IMG/VR virus record: IMGVR_UViG_3300014656_000030 | Span: 1-59,773 of that record | Length of the DNA stretch: 59,773 nucleotides | Source of the DNA: a virus | Taxonomy: Duplodnaviria; Caudoviricetes | Direction: 5' to 3' (one strand) | Shown here: piece after piece, positions 18,661 to 27,912 of the stretch | Position numbering within the stretch: position 1 is the stretch's first letter | Layout of the letters: every line of letters begins with the position of its first letter | Made by a program: the position numbers and the translations under genes | The notes under the pieces: model-generated | The model's input: the letters and a program-made list of their open reading frames with translations, nothing else | Told to the model about the DNA's origin: nothing | Database searches by the model: none

Positions 18661-19167
18661 TTACCTCCCAAGCCTAGACTTTGTTAAATACCTCGTGTCA
18701 AAATGTCCAAAATCTTGCACTTCATTAACATACGTGTAACCATATGGAGAATATACTACAGTAAGTCTATCATACACCTGTTTCTTTAACGCAATATCGT
18801 TGGTCAACGGTCGCAAATCTAAAGCATCCACCAGATGCCTAGAACTATCGTGGTCATCCCTGATACACCCCCGCTCAAAGTCACTACAATCGTTATAGAG
18901 CCTGTTATATGCGATAAGTGCATGAATATTCCTATTATAGTCAGGACAGCGATGTCCGCTCATTACGGCGATAGGAACGCTAAACTCGATACGCACCTGA
19001 ACCAGCGGCCTGAATACCCAAGGAAGTATCAGCGTTGTTCCGTGACAGTAAGGACAGCCATCCGGAAAATAACGAAGATTCCTGTACCGACCGCCGCATT
19101 GAAACTCATCAAGACAAAATGGGGTGTCCTCAAGTTGTATTCTGTTCATAAAACAATGGTCCCCCAT
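18661..19167 (-). CDS. Endolysin, peptidase M15 family
   Basis: SGHRC..YN, SRH, ALD, GHFDTR. Confidence 0.8.
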   Translation of the reverse strand: MGDHCFMNRIQLEDTPFCLDEFQCGGRYRNLRYFPDGCPYCHGTTLILPWVFRPLVQVRIEFSVPIAVMSGHRCPDYNRNIHALIAYNRLYNDCSDFERGCIRDDHDSSRHLVDALDLRPLTNDIALKKQVYDRLTVVYSPYGYTYVNEVQDFGHFDTRYLTKSRLGR

Positions 19168-19937
19168 GTTGGATTATTAACATAAACTTTTAATTCTGAA
19201 ATAGTAACAGCAAATACACTTGTTATACTCTTATAAGCAAATACTTGAAGAGTATCGCCACCAATCCACCCACTAATATCTTCTGTATAAGTTACAGTAT
19301 TATCGTCACCAAATCCAGGTTTAAGTGAACGTGTTGTGCCAATAGGAACACCATTACGATAAATTCTACCATATGCGGTTTGCCCACTAAAATTATTTTC
19401 CATAGTGAAAGCAATTCGTAATATGCCTTTTGCAGAATCACCAAGTGTTGTCTCCTTAACTTTCACCCAACTTAAACTATTAGTTGTCTTTTCAGCGTCA
19501 TTCTCATGAACCAAAATATCACCAGCGACCTGATTTGGAAATAACGCAAATGACAATTTGGCGGGTGTCACAGCACCATCGGAAATCTTTGTCGTGGTTA
19601 CAGCATTTGCAGCGAGCTTCGCAGCAGTGACACAAAGATCAACTAGTTTTCCTGTGGTAATTGCTAAATCCATAATTGATGCCGTAGCAACAATCGAGTT
19701 TGCCAATGCACCAGTGGCTAAATTAAGTAAGGAAAGCCAAGCCGAATCGGCAAGGTTCCTCACTTTCATAAGGCTGTTCGTCGTGTCTGCCCACCACTGT
19801 GCCGGAACTGGGCTTGGAGGTGCATTCGCACCAGAGGAGTTGGACCTTAGACACTCTAAATTATTTTCCATATTTTGCAAATCAGTTTGACCAACATGAC
19901 TTGGGTCAAAACTATCTGATGTATATCCTTGTACCAT
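19146..19937 (-). CDS. Tail fibre / receptor-binding protein
   Basis: Repeated AVTxxKI motifs, beta-sandwich-like C-terminus, follows tip protein. Confidence 0.7.
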   Translation of the reverse strand: MVQGYTSDSFDPSHVGQTDLQNMENNLECLRSNSSGANAPPSPVPAQWWADTTNSLMKVRNLADSAWLSLLNLATGALANSIVATASIMDLAITTGKLVDLCVTAAKLAANAVTTTKISDGAVTPAKLSFALFPNQVAGDILVHENDAEKTTNSLSWVKVKETTLGDSAKGILRIAFTMENNFSGQTAYGRIYRNGVPIGTTRSLKPGFGDDNTVTYTEDISGWIGGDTLQVFAYKSITSVFAVTISELKVYVNNPTWGTIVL

Positions 19938-19952
19938 GTTATTACCCCTTAT

Positions 19953-22412
19953 CTATTGACAAAGTTTCAGTTCAAAGTTCTCAACCAGCGCCGTTATTGG
20001 GTCGCTTGGGTCGGTTATAGTTATCTCAACCTGAAAGTATCTTCCAGTGATAATAGCAGACAGTATCTCCATCATCTTAATCTCATTGGTCGGTGGACTT
20101 GTATCGCCATATTTTAAGGTGATAGATATTCTACCCGCCTCAACCATTTCGAATATCTCATACCACGTCCTTGTGCCGATACCAATATCGTCCCAGGTGT
20201 TCGCCACGACAGAGTTATCTGGTATAACATCATCCCACGTGTTTCCTACGCCAAGGACGAGAATATCAGCTAGCACATAGGCGAGGAAACGCTCTGACGA
20301 ACCGTTATCATATATCTGTGATAAATAGGTACCAGATAAACCGCCGCTCCCGTGACTGCATTTTAGATAATCCTCTGCAAGATAGCTTGTCTGCTCTGTA
20401 TTGTCATGTGCATCCCCGCTCTCGTCATAGTCACATGCAAAGGTTTCTTGCACAGCCCAACCATCAGGTGGGTCGATAAGAGTAACCGTGGCAGAACGTG
20501 GTGTCGCGCCGTATCGACCGTTCGTGGACAGTGTGTTAACCCAAAATGTATGGGTGCCAGGTTTCACCCCGGTAAGATTTAAATTAGGAGCCCTGAGCGC
20601 CCCTAAGAACAATGCTCCAGCCCACGTCGGGCCTACTCTGAATTCGTACACCTCAATGTCAGGGTCACCGACCTTTGCCGAATATAAAGTTATAGTGTTT
20701 GGGCCAACCACCGCATTCAATTCTACACAAGACGCCGGCACATCCGTGTATCCAGTTACCACGTGACGTATGCTGTAGCCATCCTCAAGAGCCTGTTTAA
20801 CACCGTGAATGGATACCGTTCTGAGCATAACCCAATACTCTTCATCCTCTTCCACATTTTCTATACTGAAGTCTGATGCGGCATTAAATTGATGCTCATA
20901 AATATTAATGCTTGATTCCTCACCTCTACGCACCCATACTTCCACATGACTGAACCATGGATAATCCGTAGGTTCATCAAAGGCTATCATTATACGCGTG
21001 AAGTTACGCAGTCGATAGAAATACGATTCTTCCGTAACCCTAACATTAGAAACCTGCGGCGGTGCTTCCGAAGGGTCTGGAAGGTTACACTCGTACGTAT
21101 CTTCTATAGTGACATCATAATCATCGTCATACAATTCTATATTCTCATAGGTCATCGTCAATTCTATAAGCCCATCTGGTCGTATCCCTGCATTCTGCAC
21201 GCGCATCAACTGTGAAGACAACCCATAGGTTTCGTTTGTTAATGATAATAGGTCACACGGCTCCAGTCGAATAGCATTATCCCTGAACGTTCCAGACACT
21301 GTTCTATCTAACCTTGCTCGCTCAAGTATGTACACTCCCATATCACTGGCCTGCTGCCTATCAGTACATCCATCCAACGTAATATCTTTTATAACACCGG
21401 AAACATCACCAACCATAATATGGTCTTCAATATACCCCTTTTCTTCATCAATAAATGAAACCCTAAGACCATCTGGAACATCAAACTGACCTGGTTCAAC
21501 AATCGCAAGTTCGCAGGTTCCATCGGCATTCTGCAATAAATCGTCATCCGTTAGTACCTCCGACACGGTCTCGTAGTTAAGGTCGGCGTATCTCAAATAA
21601 AATTTACCAGCGTACCACACCAGCTGGCCTCTGAACAGCATACAAATCCTATCAAGAACATCATGCCCGGCCATATCGCGGTCAATCCGTATATTTATAG
21701 CCCACCCCTTCTGTTCACAATAGGTTGCCGCCGCACCCCATGATGTTAAATCAAATTTTATGCTATCAAATCCATATCCATACCTAGTGGAAGTTAAAAA
21801 ATCGTACAGAGCAAGAACCGGATTATTGCTCCACTCAGTAGTATTGTCTCTAAAGTCGAACAGCTTCTTGCCTTTTAGTTCTATAGTTCTTTGAGGAAGA
21901 TTCTGAAACTTATCATAGTCATAAATCAACTTCCATACCATATAGCATGTATGTTGCATATTGTTATTAAATTTAGATATGGCTGCATTTAAATTAGTAT
22001 CATACGTTTGGTCATGCGAACCACTATGAAACCAATATTGAACATTGCTGCCATATTCATATTCTAACTTATCCCCAAGCCAGACTTGGTCGTATTCGGT
22101 ACTATCGCCTGGTTCATCCCCAGGTTCTTGTTCAGCCGCAATCCCATCACATTCACCTTCAGCAAGAGTTTGCACAATCCACAGATGTTTATTTTGAGAA
22201 CCCGTCGCTTCCATAAAAACATCGTTACCTCCCACTCTAAGTTTGCCGTATATTATCGGTAGCTTTACACTAGGGTCTCTAGTATTCGCCCTGAGTCCAC
22301 TGGTGCGTTCTGCCTCTGGCGCATCTGTTAGTAATCGCATTATGGCACCTGCTACAGACGATACGATAAATGAAATTACAACGTATGTTAAAAATTCACC
22401 TACTCCACCCAT
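19953..22412 (-). CDS. Tail tip/central hub protein (lambda J-like)
   Basis: LPIIYG, LAEGE, WSNNPVL..YDFL..RYG.G, Fn3-like C-terminal region. Confidence 0.85.
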   Translation of the reverse strand: MGGVGEFLTYVVISFIVSSVAGAIMRLLTDAPEAERTSGLRANTRDPSVKLPIIYGKLRVGGNDVFMEATGSQNKHLWIVQTLAEGECDGIAAEQEPGDEPGDSTEYDQVWLGDKLEYEYGSNVQYWFHSGSHDQTYDTNLNAAISKFNNNMQHTCYMVWKLIYDYDKFQNLPQRTIELKGKKLFDFRDNTTEWSNNPVLALYDFLTSTRYGYGFDSIKFDLTSWGAAATYCEQKGWAINIRIDRDMAGHDVLDRICMLFRGQLVWYAGKFYLRYADLNYETVSEVLTDDDLLQNADGTCELAIVEPGQFDVPDGLRVSFIDEEKGYIEDHIMVGDVSGVIKDITLDGCTDRQQASDMGVYILERARLDRTVSGTFRDNAIRLEPCDLLSLTNETYGLSSQLMRVQNAGIRPDGLIELTMTYENIELYDDDYDVTIEDTYECNLPDPSEAPPQVSNVRVTEESYFYRLRNFTRIMIAFDEPTDYPWFSHVEVWVRRGEESSINIYEHQFNAASDFSIENVEEDEEYWVMLRTVSIHGVKQALEDGYSIRHVVTGYTDVPASCVELNAVVGPNTITLYSAKVGDPDIEVYEFRVGPTWAGALFLGALRAPNLNLTGVKPGTHTFWVNTLSTNGRYGATPRSATVTLIDPPDGWAVQETFACDYDESGDAHDNTEQTSYLAEDYLKCSHGSGGLSGTYLSQIYDNGSSERFLAYVLADILVLGVGNTWDDVIPDNSVVANTWDDIGIGTRTWYEIFEMVEAGRISITLKYGDTSPPTNEIKMMEILSAIITGRYFQVEITITDPSDPITALVENFELKLCQ

Positions 22413-22851
22413 ATGTCCACCCTTTTAGAATCTTGTAGAAACGTATCGGCAACGATATCACACCTCTGGATTCTGACACCAATAAAGCATTTCCATTACC
22501 ACCATTTATGGCCAAAAAGAAACCTTCCGATGTTCCTTTCAATTTAATTAATAATATATCACCCGGTACAACCTTACCGGCTGGAATCTGTTTCAGCATG
22601 ACGTCTAAACATCCAACCATAACCTCACGCGCTCGATTCGGGTTATCAAGATATAAATCTCCATATGATTGTAAGGTATATCCGTTGTACTCTTCTGGAA
22701 GCTGAAAGCCTCGCTGTCTAAGATAATCTATTACCAGCATGAAACAGTCCATACAACCAAGTTCAAACGGCTTACCCAAAACCAATGCGCTCATCTTGGC
22801 AAGGTTAAAACCCGCATTTACTTTAATTTTTCTGGTATCCTGCCCCACCAT
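22396..22851 (-). CDS. NlpC/P60-like tail assembly protein (gpK-like)
   Basis: GKPF..G.MDC, PGDI; positioned between L-like and J-like genes. Confidence 0.7.
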   Translation of the reverse strand: MVGQDTRKIKVNAGFNLAKMSALVLGKPFELGCMDCFMLVIDYLRQRGFQLPEEYNGYTLQSYGDLYLDNPNRAREVMVGCLDVMLKQIPAGKVVPGDILLIKLKGTSEGFFLAINGGNGNALLVSESRGVISLPIRFYKILKGWTYGWSR

Positions 22852-23201
22852 ATCTCCTTATCAACTATGCTTGGCAACCAGGGAAATCCGCCAAAGTGTG
22901 CTTCGTTCCCCAACGCTTGACATCTGGCGAGCGTCCTATCGCACCATGCCTCTCCACCCACATATCTACATTCTACACCCTTAAATTTTTTCCACCTACA
23001 GCTTGACGAATGTGTAGACAAAGTTCTTTGCGCCCATTGCGACAATATATTTGTCACTGATATGTTCAACTTACTTTCAGATATACTCCAGCTATCCAAT
23101 AGGCCCTCAAACAAAATCACTTCTGCCGGAGTAGTCAGCTTAAAGCTGGTAGACACCGTAGGTGTCACAGTTGCCGAACTTTGCTTATTCACAGTACCCA
23201 T
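22818..23201 (-). CDS. Tail-tip protein (gpL/DUF2163-like), C-terminal part
   Basis: LFEG.LD, then C..C..C..C cluster and HFGGFP. Confidence 0.75.
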   Translation of the reverse strand: MGTVNKQSSATVTPTVSTSFKLTTPAEVILFEGLLDSWSISESKLNISVTNILSQWAQRTLSTHSSSCRWKKFKGVECRYVGGEAWCDRTLARCQALGNEAHFGGFPWLPSIVDKEIWWGRIPEKLK

Positions 23202-23205
23202 TTAT

Positions 23206-23628
23206 TTATGTTCCAAATGTAACATCCACTTCAAGAATCCATGTGTCTGCATTTGTTTTCGTCCCCAAATCCTCAACAACCCGAAGTAGCATTGTACCAC
23301 TACCCTCATCATCACTATTGAATACACCCCACTCCTGCCAATGGAAGTTTGCTTCATCTTGGTCAAATGAGACCCTAAATCTAATCTTATCTGTACTACC
23401 GTCATCATCAGGGTTTCTTAATGGATAACCATTATCGACAGATTTGCGTAATGACTCACCGGCACTATTTGCTTCGGCTTCAAGCTCGATTTGGTCAGTG
23501 GCAAACTCTGTATTATCATCACCCACTCCGAGTGCCGCGTAAACCTCGTTAAACAAATCAATACCACCGTCACCACATATTGCAGAAGCAACCGCTATCG
23601 CACCAGCATCAGTTAGGGCCATCTTCAA
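23206..23628 (-). CDS. Tail-associated structural protein
   Basis: LTDAG..GVGD..EANFHWQEWGVFN..LGTK. Confidence 0.65.
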   Translation of the reverse strand: MKMALTDAGAIAVASAICGDGGIDLFNEVYAALGVGDDNTEFATDQIELEAEANSAGESLRKSVDNGYPLRNPDDDGSTDKIRFRVSFDQDEANFHWQEWGVFNSDDEGSGTMLLRVVEDLGTKTNADTWILEVDVTFGT

Positions 23629-23767
23629 ACTCCTCCAATTTTGCTTTAACGTTTACAATTTCGTAAGGTTCAGTCTCACCATCACGAAATTTTAATATCC
23701 TTATATCAACCATAGGTGGCCCCAAATAAACTTTCAGTTTAGTTTTATCATCGTTTTTATTTGTCAT
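23609..23767 (-). CDS. Small hypothetical protein (52 aa, not in ORF track)
   Basis: MTNKND...KFRDGETEPYEIV...GPN; fills the gap between flanking genes. Confidence 0.5.
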   Translation of the reverse strand: MTNKNDDKTKLKVYLGPPMVDIRILKFRDGETEPYEIVNVKAKLEEFEDGPN

Positions 23768-23771
23768 TGAG

Positions 23772-24149
23772 CTATATATCTTTCTGTTCTAAAATTTTTA
23801 GCGCCTCATTCTGTATTTTGAGAACATGTTCCATTTTGCCAAGCGTTTTTGATATAGTTATAGCTGCTGTAACCATTATGATTGCAACCGTCAAGATAAT
23901 ACCAGTCCATGCAATTACTGACTTACGGGTTTGTGCTTTACCATTCATGTATCCTTCAACGCGAGACATTGAACTATCTATCTTGGTTAAGCATCGACCA
24001 TGGTCACCTAATGTAAGTTTAATTGTCTTAAACTCTTCGATACCATGCTCTAAGTTATTTGCGTTGGTAATTACCTGTTTTATTATTTCCTCATGTGCCG
24101 AACACTTGCCAAGTCCTGTTCCTTCCACATCAAACTTTTGCAGCCCCAT
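23772..24149 (-). CDS. Coiled-coil membrane protein (holin-like)
   Basis: Single TM helix after coiled coil; RBS. Confidence 0.5.
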   Translation of the reverse strand: MGLQKFDVEGTGLGKCSAHEEIIKQVITNANNLEHGIEEFKTIKLTLGDHGRCLTKIDSSMSRVEGYMNGKAQTRKSVIAWTGIILTVAIIMVTAAITISKTLGKMEHVLKIQNEALKILEQKDI

Positions 24150-24165
24150 CGCTCACCTTCCTTCC

Positions 24166-24789
24166 TTATTCTATTTCCACTATGTGCTGGCCCTTACATG
24201 GTAGTCCCAAATAATCTTGGCATGAGTCTGTTTCGTGACACCATAAGCCGGTTACCTCTGGATATTGAGTCCACAACCAGAAATAACCATCTTTTGAAAT
24301 ATGCCAAGGGTCTGTTCCAATCGGAAAGTGCTCCCATGCGTAGAGCATATCCTCTAATGACACCATAATAATTTCAGCACCAGGAAATTTGATTGCGGCC
24401 ATGGTGAGAATCTCGACTCGAATAGCAACAAAGTCAGAAACCTCATAACCCTCTCGAATGATAAGGTCGCCTATCCCACCGATGATGACGACCTGTTTAT
24501 AGGTATCACTGCGTTGCTTCTCAATCATATCAAGAAGCTCAACATGCGTTATTGCACCCGAATAATGAATTTCATGTGGAAGCCATGCCTCAAACTTCAC
24601 CGCCCATAATCCATATGAATCACAAAAGACTATTGTTTTTTCTGAATTGTCCCTAAACTCAGGGATAGATGCTTGCGGAGGTATAGCCTGCATCTTATCT
24701 AGAACCTCCTTGCAAGACATGGTTGTTAACAACATACACAGTGCCACAACAAATACGACTAAGATTTGAATACGCCATTTTGTTTTCAT
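24166..24789 (-). CDS. Lipoprotein with SGNH-hydrolase-like fold
   Basis: Lipobox-like TMSC; CDSY, GGIGD, DPWH. Confidence 0.55.
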   Translation of the reverse strand: MKTKWRIQILVVFVVALCMLLTTMSCKEVLDKMQAIPPQASIPEFRDNSEKTIVFCDSYGLWAVKFEAWLPHEIHYSGAITHVELLDMIEKQRSDTYKQVVIIGGIGDLIIREGYEVSDFVAIRVEILTMAAIKFPGAEIIMVSLEDMLYAWEHFPIGTDPWHISKDGYFWLWTQYPEVTGLWCHETDSCQDYLGLPCKGQHIVEIE

Positions 24790-24818
24790 TTTACTATCTC
24801 CTATGTTTGTATCATATA

Positions 24819-25583
24819 CTAAGGAAACACAACGACAATAGGTTGCGAATATGTTCTATATGTTAATGTTAACTGAACCCGTTGTGCTGTATTTGCAGCA
24901 TACTCAGAACTACGCCACTGAGAAAGATGATTGGTTGCATAATCATTCGGCACAACTATAAATTCAATATCAGTGTGCCCTTCAATTATCCTCCGATTGA
25001 ATGCAGCGACTCCAGCAGCATTTAAAGTCATAGTCTTTACCCCGGTAGAAGCCATACTTACTGTCCCTAAAACAGTATTCGTATAGTCAGTCCCGGCCAC
25101 TGCAAAACCTGCACCACCAGCCCACTCCTGAACACTATTATATGTATGGTCGTTATGGCAAGAAGAATTTGCTTGCGCCGCACCATCTGCTGTCCCCTCA
25201 GGCCAATCATTGTTTGCGTCTTTAAACTCATAAAGAGATGCCGTGATACTCGCAGTCTCATTATGAACAACAAATTCAATTGAAGCCGATTGAACTTCAG
25301 AACCTGATGGTATAACCCCTGTCCATGAAAACCGTATAATGGACTTCATGTCCGCATTTAAAAAGTCTCCTATACTACCTACTTGGCTACCGCCATTATT
25401 GTTCGCGCTTGAGGCACCAGTTACAACCCAGTTATCTTCACAACTACCACTGTTAGCAGGGCGCTCGCCAATAGTAACGGTGGTATCAGAAAGTGCCACC
25501 TGTCCAATTGATAAAAGAACAAACATCGCTATAAAAATGATATTCATAAATTTGTTTATCACGATAATACCCCCACTATACAA
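24819..25583 (-). CDS. Secreted DNRLRE/carbohydrate-binding-like protein
   Basis: Signal peptide; IIRFS..IPSGS.V.SA, W.EG, SSE..R..L.LTY. Confidence 0.65.
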   Translation of the reverse strand: MYSGGIIVINKFMNIIFIAMFVLLSIGQVALSDTTVTIGERPANSGSCEDNWVVTGASSANNNGGSQVGSIGDFLNADMKSIIRFSWTGVIPSGSEVQSASIEFVVHNETASITASLYEFKDANNDWPEGTADGAAQANSSCHNDHTYNSVQEWAGGAGFAVAGTDYTNTVLGTVSMASTGVKTMTLNAAGVAAFNRRIIEGHTDIEFIVVPNDYATNHLSQWRSSEYAANTAQRVQLTLTYRTYSQPIVVVFP

Positions 25584-26350
25584 ATGGTTATGCTATCAGG
25601 GTCGTCGGCCGCATCATTATCAAACGCAATAGAATGCCCATCCTCTATCACGGTATGATCTATTCCTGATGTTCTATCATCATAGTAACAATCTGTTCCA
25701 TTTGTTGCGATGGTAATAGCCTCAATTGTGGTTATATCTGTAAAATCATGCGGGTCATTCATTTCTTTCAGAGTGAATGCAGTATTATCAGTATCACTTA
25801 CTGAATAGATGCTTGATATTGTGAAAGTGTACCCAGTTTCATTCCTAAACAGAATAAAATTATCAGCTTCAGCTAGATATAGTGGTTTTGGTAAAGAAAT
25901 TGTAATGGGGGCGGCATCGCCTATTTTAACAAGGTCCGCCCCAACAATTGTTTCAAGCCCACCTTCAGAATTTATATCGGCATCTTTAATAAAATCAATA
26001 CCAACTATAGCTTCAAGCTCGCCTTCGGAATTAATATCCTCCTCAGCAAGACCGCCACCAGCACTTAAATCTGCCCACGAACCAGCATCATTAACTTCAA
26101 GGTCACCTGTAGCATAACGCATACCACGAGCATCATTGCTCGTTGGGTCATCCTCTGCCCCAAATAAAACCGCAACATAGGTACCATCATTAATAAAATG
26201 TAAATCTGTTGTGCCATCACGATTAAGGTCAACGCTGGTCGCCCCGCTCCAATATGCCGCAAATGCAACACCCACAACCAACGTTAAAATGAGTGTAACA
26301 GACAATGCAACATATTTAAATACCCAAAGAATATTCTTAACCCATTTCAT
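25559..26350 (-). CDS. Signal-peptide-bearing fibre-like protein with 20-aa tandem repeat
   Basis: AGGAG RBS before ATG 26350; signal ending AFA; DINSEG.LE.IVG.D..K twice. Confidence 0.6.
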   Translation of the reverse strand: MKWVKNILWVFKYVALSVTLILTLVVGVAFAAYWSGATSVDLNRDGTTDLHFINDGTYVAVLFGAEDDPTSNDARGMRYATGDLEVNDAGSWADLSAGGGLAEEDINSEGELEAIVGIDFIKDADINSEGGLETIVGADLVKIGDAAPITISLPKPLYLAEADNFILFRNETGYTFTISSIYSVSDTDNTAFTLKEMNDPHDFTDITTIEAITIATNGTDCYYDDRTSGIDHTVIEDGHSIAFDNDAADDPDSITICIVGVLS

Positions 26351-26393
26351 AACTTTAATTCTCCTATTCATATTATAAACCATACAACCCACA

Positions 26394-26762
26394 TTAGAAC
26401 TCAAATATTGGGCGCACCGCATCCCTATTTGTATCCCAATACTGTAATATTCCATCACCATTGGATTGCTCGTCAACAATAAAATAGTGCTTATCTGTTG
26501 CGCCAAAATATATTTTACCGTCGGCACCTATACGTAAACTTGGCACGCGAGTCTCATTTGGTATAATAAACGGGTCATCTGAAAGGTCAGGATGCCCTGT
26601 GTGCGGTGCTGTAGCATCAATATGGTCTGCAATCTCTTTTATTGTTTTTGATTCAGTACCGTTTGACAATATACCAGTTATAAAGGCGGTTGCCCAACGA
26701 TACGCGATACTCCCGATACTGCCTTCGTCATCAGCCCTGGGTTCTATTGATTTTGTAGCCAT
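26394..26762 (-). CDS. Short tail-fibre-like protein
   Basis: PRADDEGSIG..RW, H...APH motifs. Confidence 0.55.
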   Translation of the reverse strand: MATKSIEPRADDEGSIGSIAYRWATAFITGILSNGTESKTIKEIADHIDATAPHTGHPDLSDDPFIIPNETRVPSLRIGADGKIYFGATDKHYFIVDEQSNGDGILQYWDTNRDAVRPIFEF

Positions 26763-26773
26763 CTATGCTCTCC

Positions 26774-27307
26774 TCACTTTGGCATCAACCCGCCCGTGAC
26801 AGGATTTACCTCCCAAAAATCATCACTAGCACTTCCAGCGATAGGCATTATTCCTCCGGACACCTCGTTATACTCCCAAAACCCCAACTCACCAAGAATC
26901 AACTGAATAATGGGTTTAATACCATTCCCATCTGAAGACGATTCCCAAAAGCTGGTCGCGGTGGATTCCGTCACATCCACGGTGATAATATTATTATTTG
27001 CATCCATCAATACAAGGCTGAGCTTGACATCGGCACCACGCGGCGTCCCTCCTACGAACATCGGCGTGAACAGTCTGTCTATATTGTCAAGCGTTATCGT
27101 ACAATCATCAACGATTCGTTCGTTTGAGTATCTGATATTATCCACCTCAAACGCTCGCGGAGTGTATCTGTTGCCATGCAGAACTATTGCGATATCGCAA
27201 TCGGTATATCTGTAATGCACATTGTCCAACGTAATGTCTAATAACCTAAACAGTTTAAGCTCTTCCGACTGCAATTCGGTTATAACAGAATTTACCAGAG
27301 GTTTCAT
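26774..27307 (-). CDS. Tail-tip protein (gpL/DUF2163-like), N-terminal part with FWE repeats
   Basis: RYTDCD.I..GNRY.P, ITLDN, GADVKL; ATGA overlap with upstream gene. Confidence 0.75.
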   Translation of the reverse strand: MKPLVNSVITELQSEELKLFRLLDITLDNVHYRYTDCDIAIVLHGNRYTPRAFEVDNIRYSNERIVDDCTITLDNIDRLFTPMFVGGTPRGADVKLSLVLMDANNNIITVDVTESTATSFWESSSDGNGIKPIIQLILGELGFWEYNEVSGGIMPIAGSASDDFWEVNPVTGGLMPK

Positions 27308-27912
27308 TGATTCAACAATCCTCTCAGCTCTACACCGCATGAAACGAGCATGTCTCTGAATATCGAAAGGCTGAGTACATCATCCGCGAACACCGACCGA
27401 ATCTTAAGTGTCCCTGTAAAGTCGATGGTTATTATAGCACCATCACTCGGTGCCACCATACCAGAATCGTTGAACTCCAATCGGTCCGCTCCATCCGCAC
27501 CAGTTCCAGCATCAATGTTATAATTAGTTCCATCCGTCTGTTCGACACCATCGATATAGACCGTCTGAGCGAGCGAATTCTTACACGGTAAATTAAATAC
27601 CTCAGTATCACCGTCTCCAGCACCGACATATTCTCCTGCGTATGACGGATAGGACAGCTCCGGTTCTGGCATAAAAAAGTTGAAAGATTCGTAACTACCG
27701 GAGCGAGCTATGAAAAATTCCCAAAGAGTTTCGGCATACGCCTTGGTAATATAATTATATTTTACGGTGATATCGCGCCTCGGATATATAAACTTCCGCT
27801 TTCTGCTCTCAACAGATTCTGTGTTGAACTGCGTCCGCAAGGTGTTGAATTGTATCCGCACATCAACAGTCGGGAATAAGGGAATCTCTGTGTACTCAGG
27901 AAATTTAGCCAT
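27304..27912 (-). CDS. Distal tail protein (DUF2460-like)
   Basis: ESR..PRR, FF.AR.G...F.F, GDG.T..F.L; follows tape measure. Confidence 0.75.
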   Translation of the reverse strand: MAKFPEYTEIPLFPTVDVRIQFNTLRTQFNTESVESRKRKFIYPRRDITVKYNYITKAYAETLWEFFIARSGSYESFNFFMPEPELSYPSYAGEYVGAGDGDTEVFNLPCKNSLAQTVYIDGVEQTDGTNYNIDAGTGADGADRLEFNDSGMVAPSDGAIITIDFTGTLKIRSVFADDVLSLSIFRDMLVSCGVELRGLLNQ

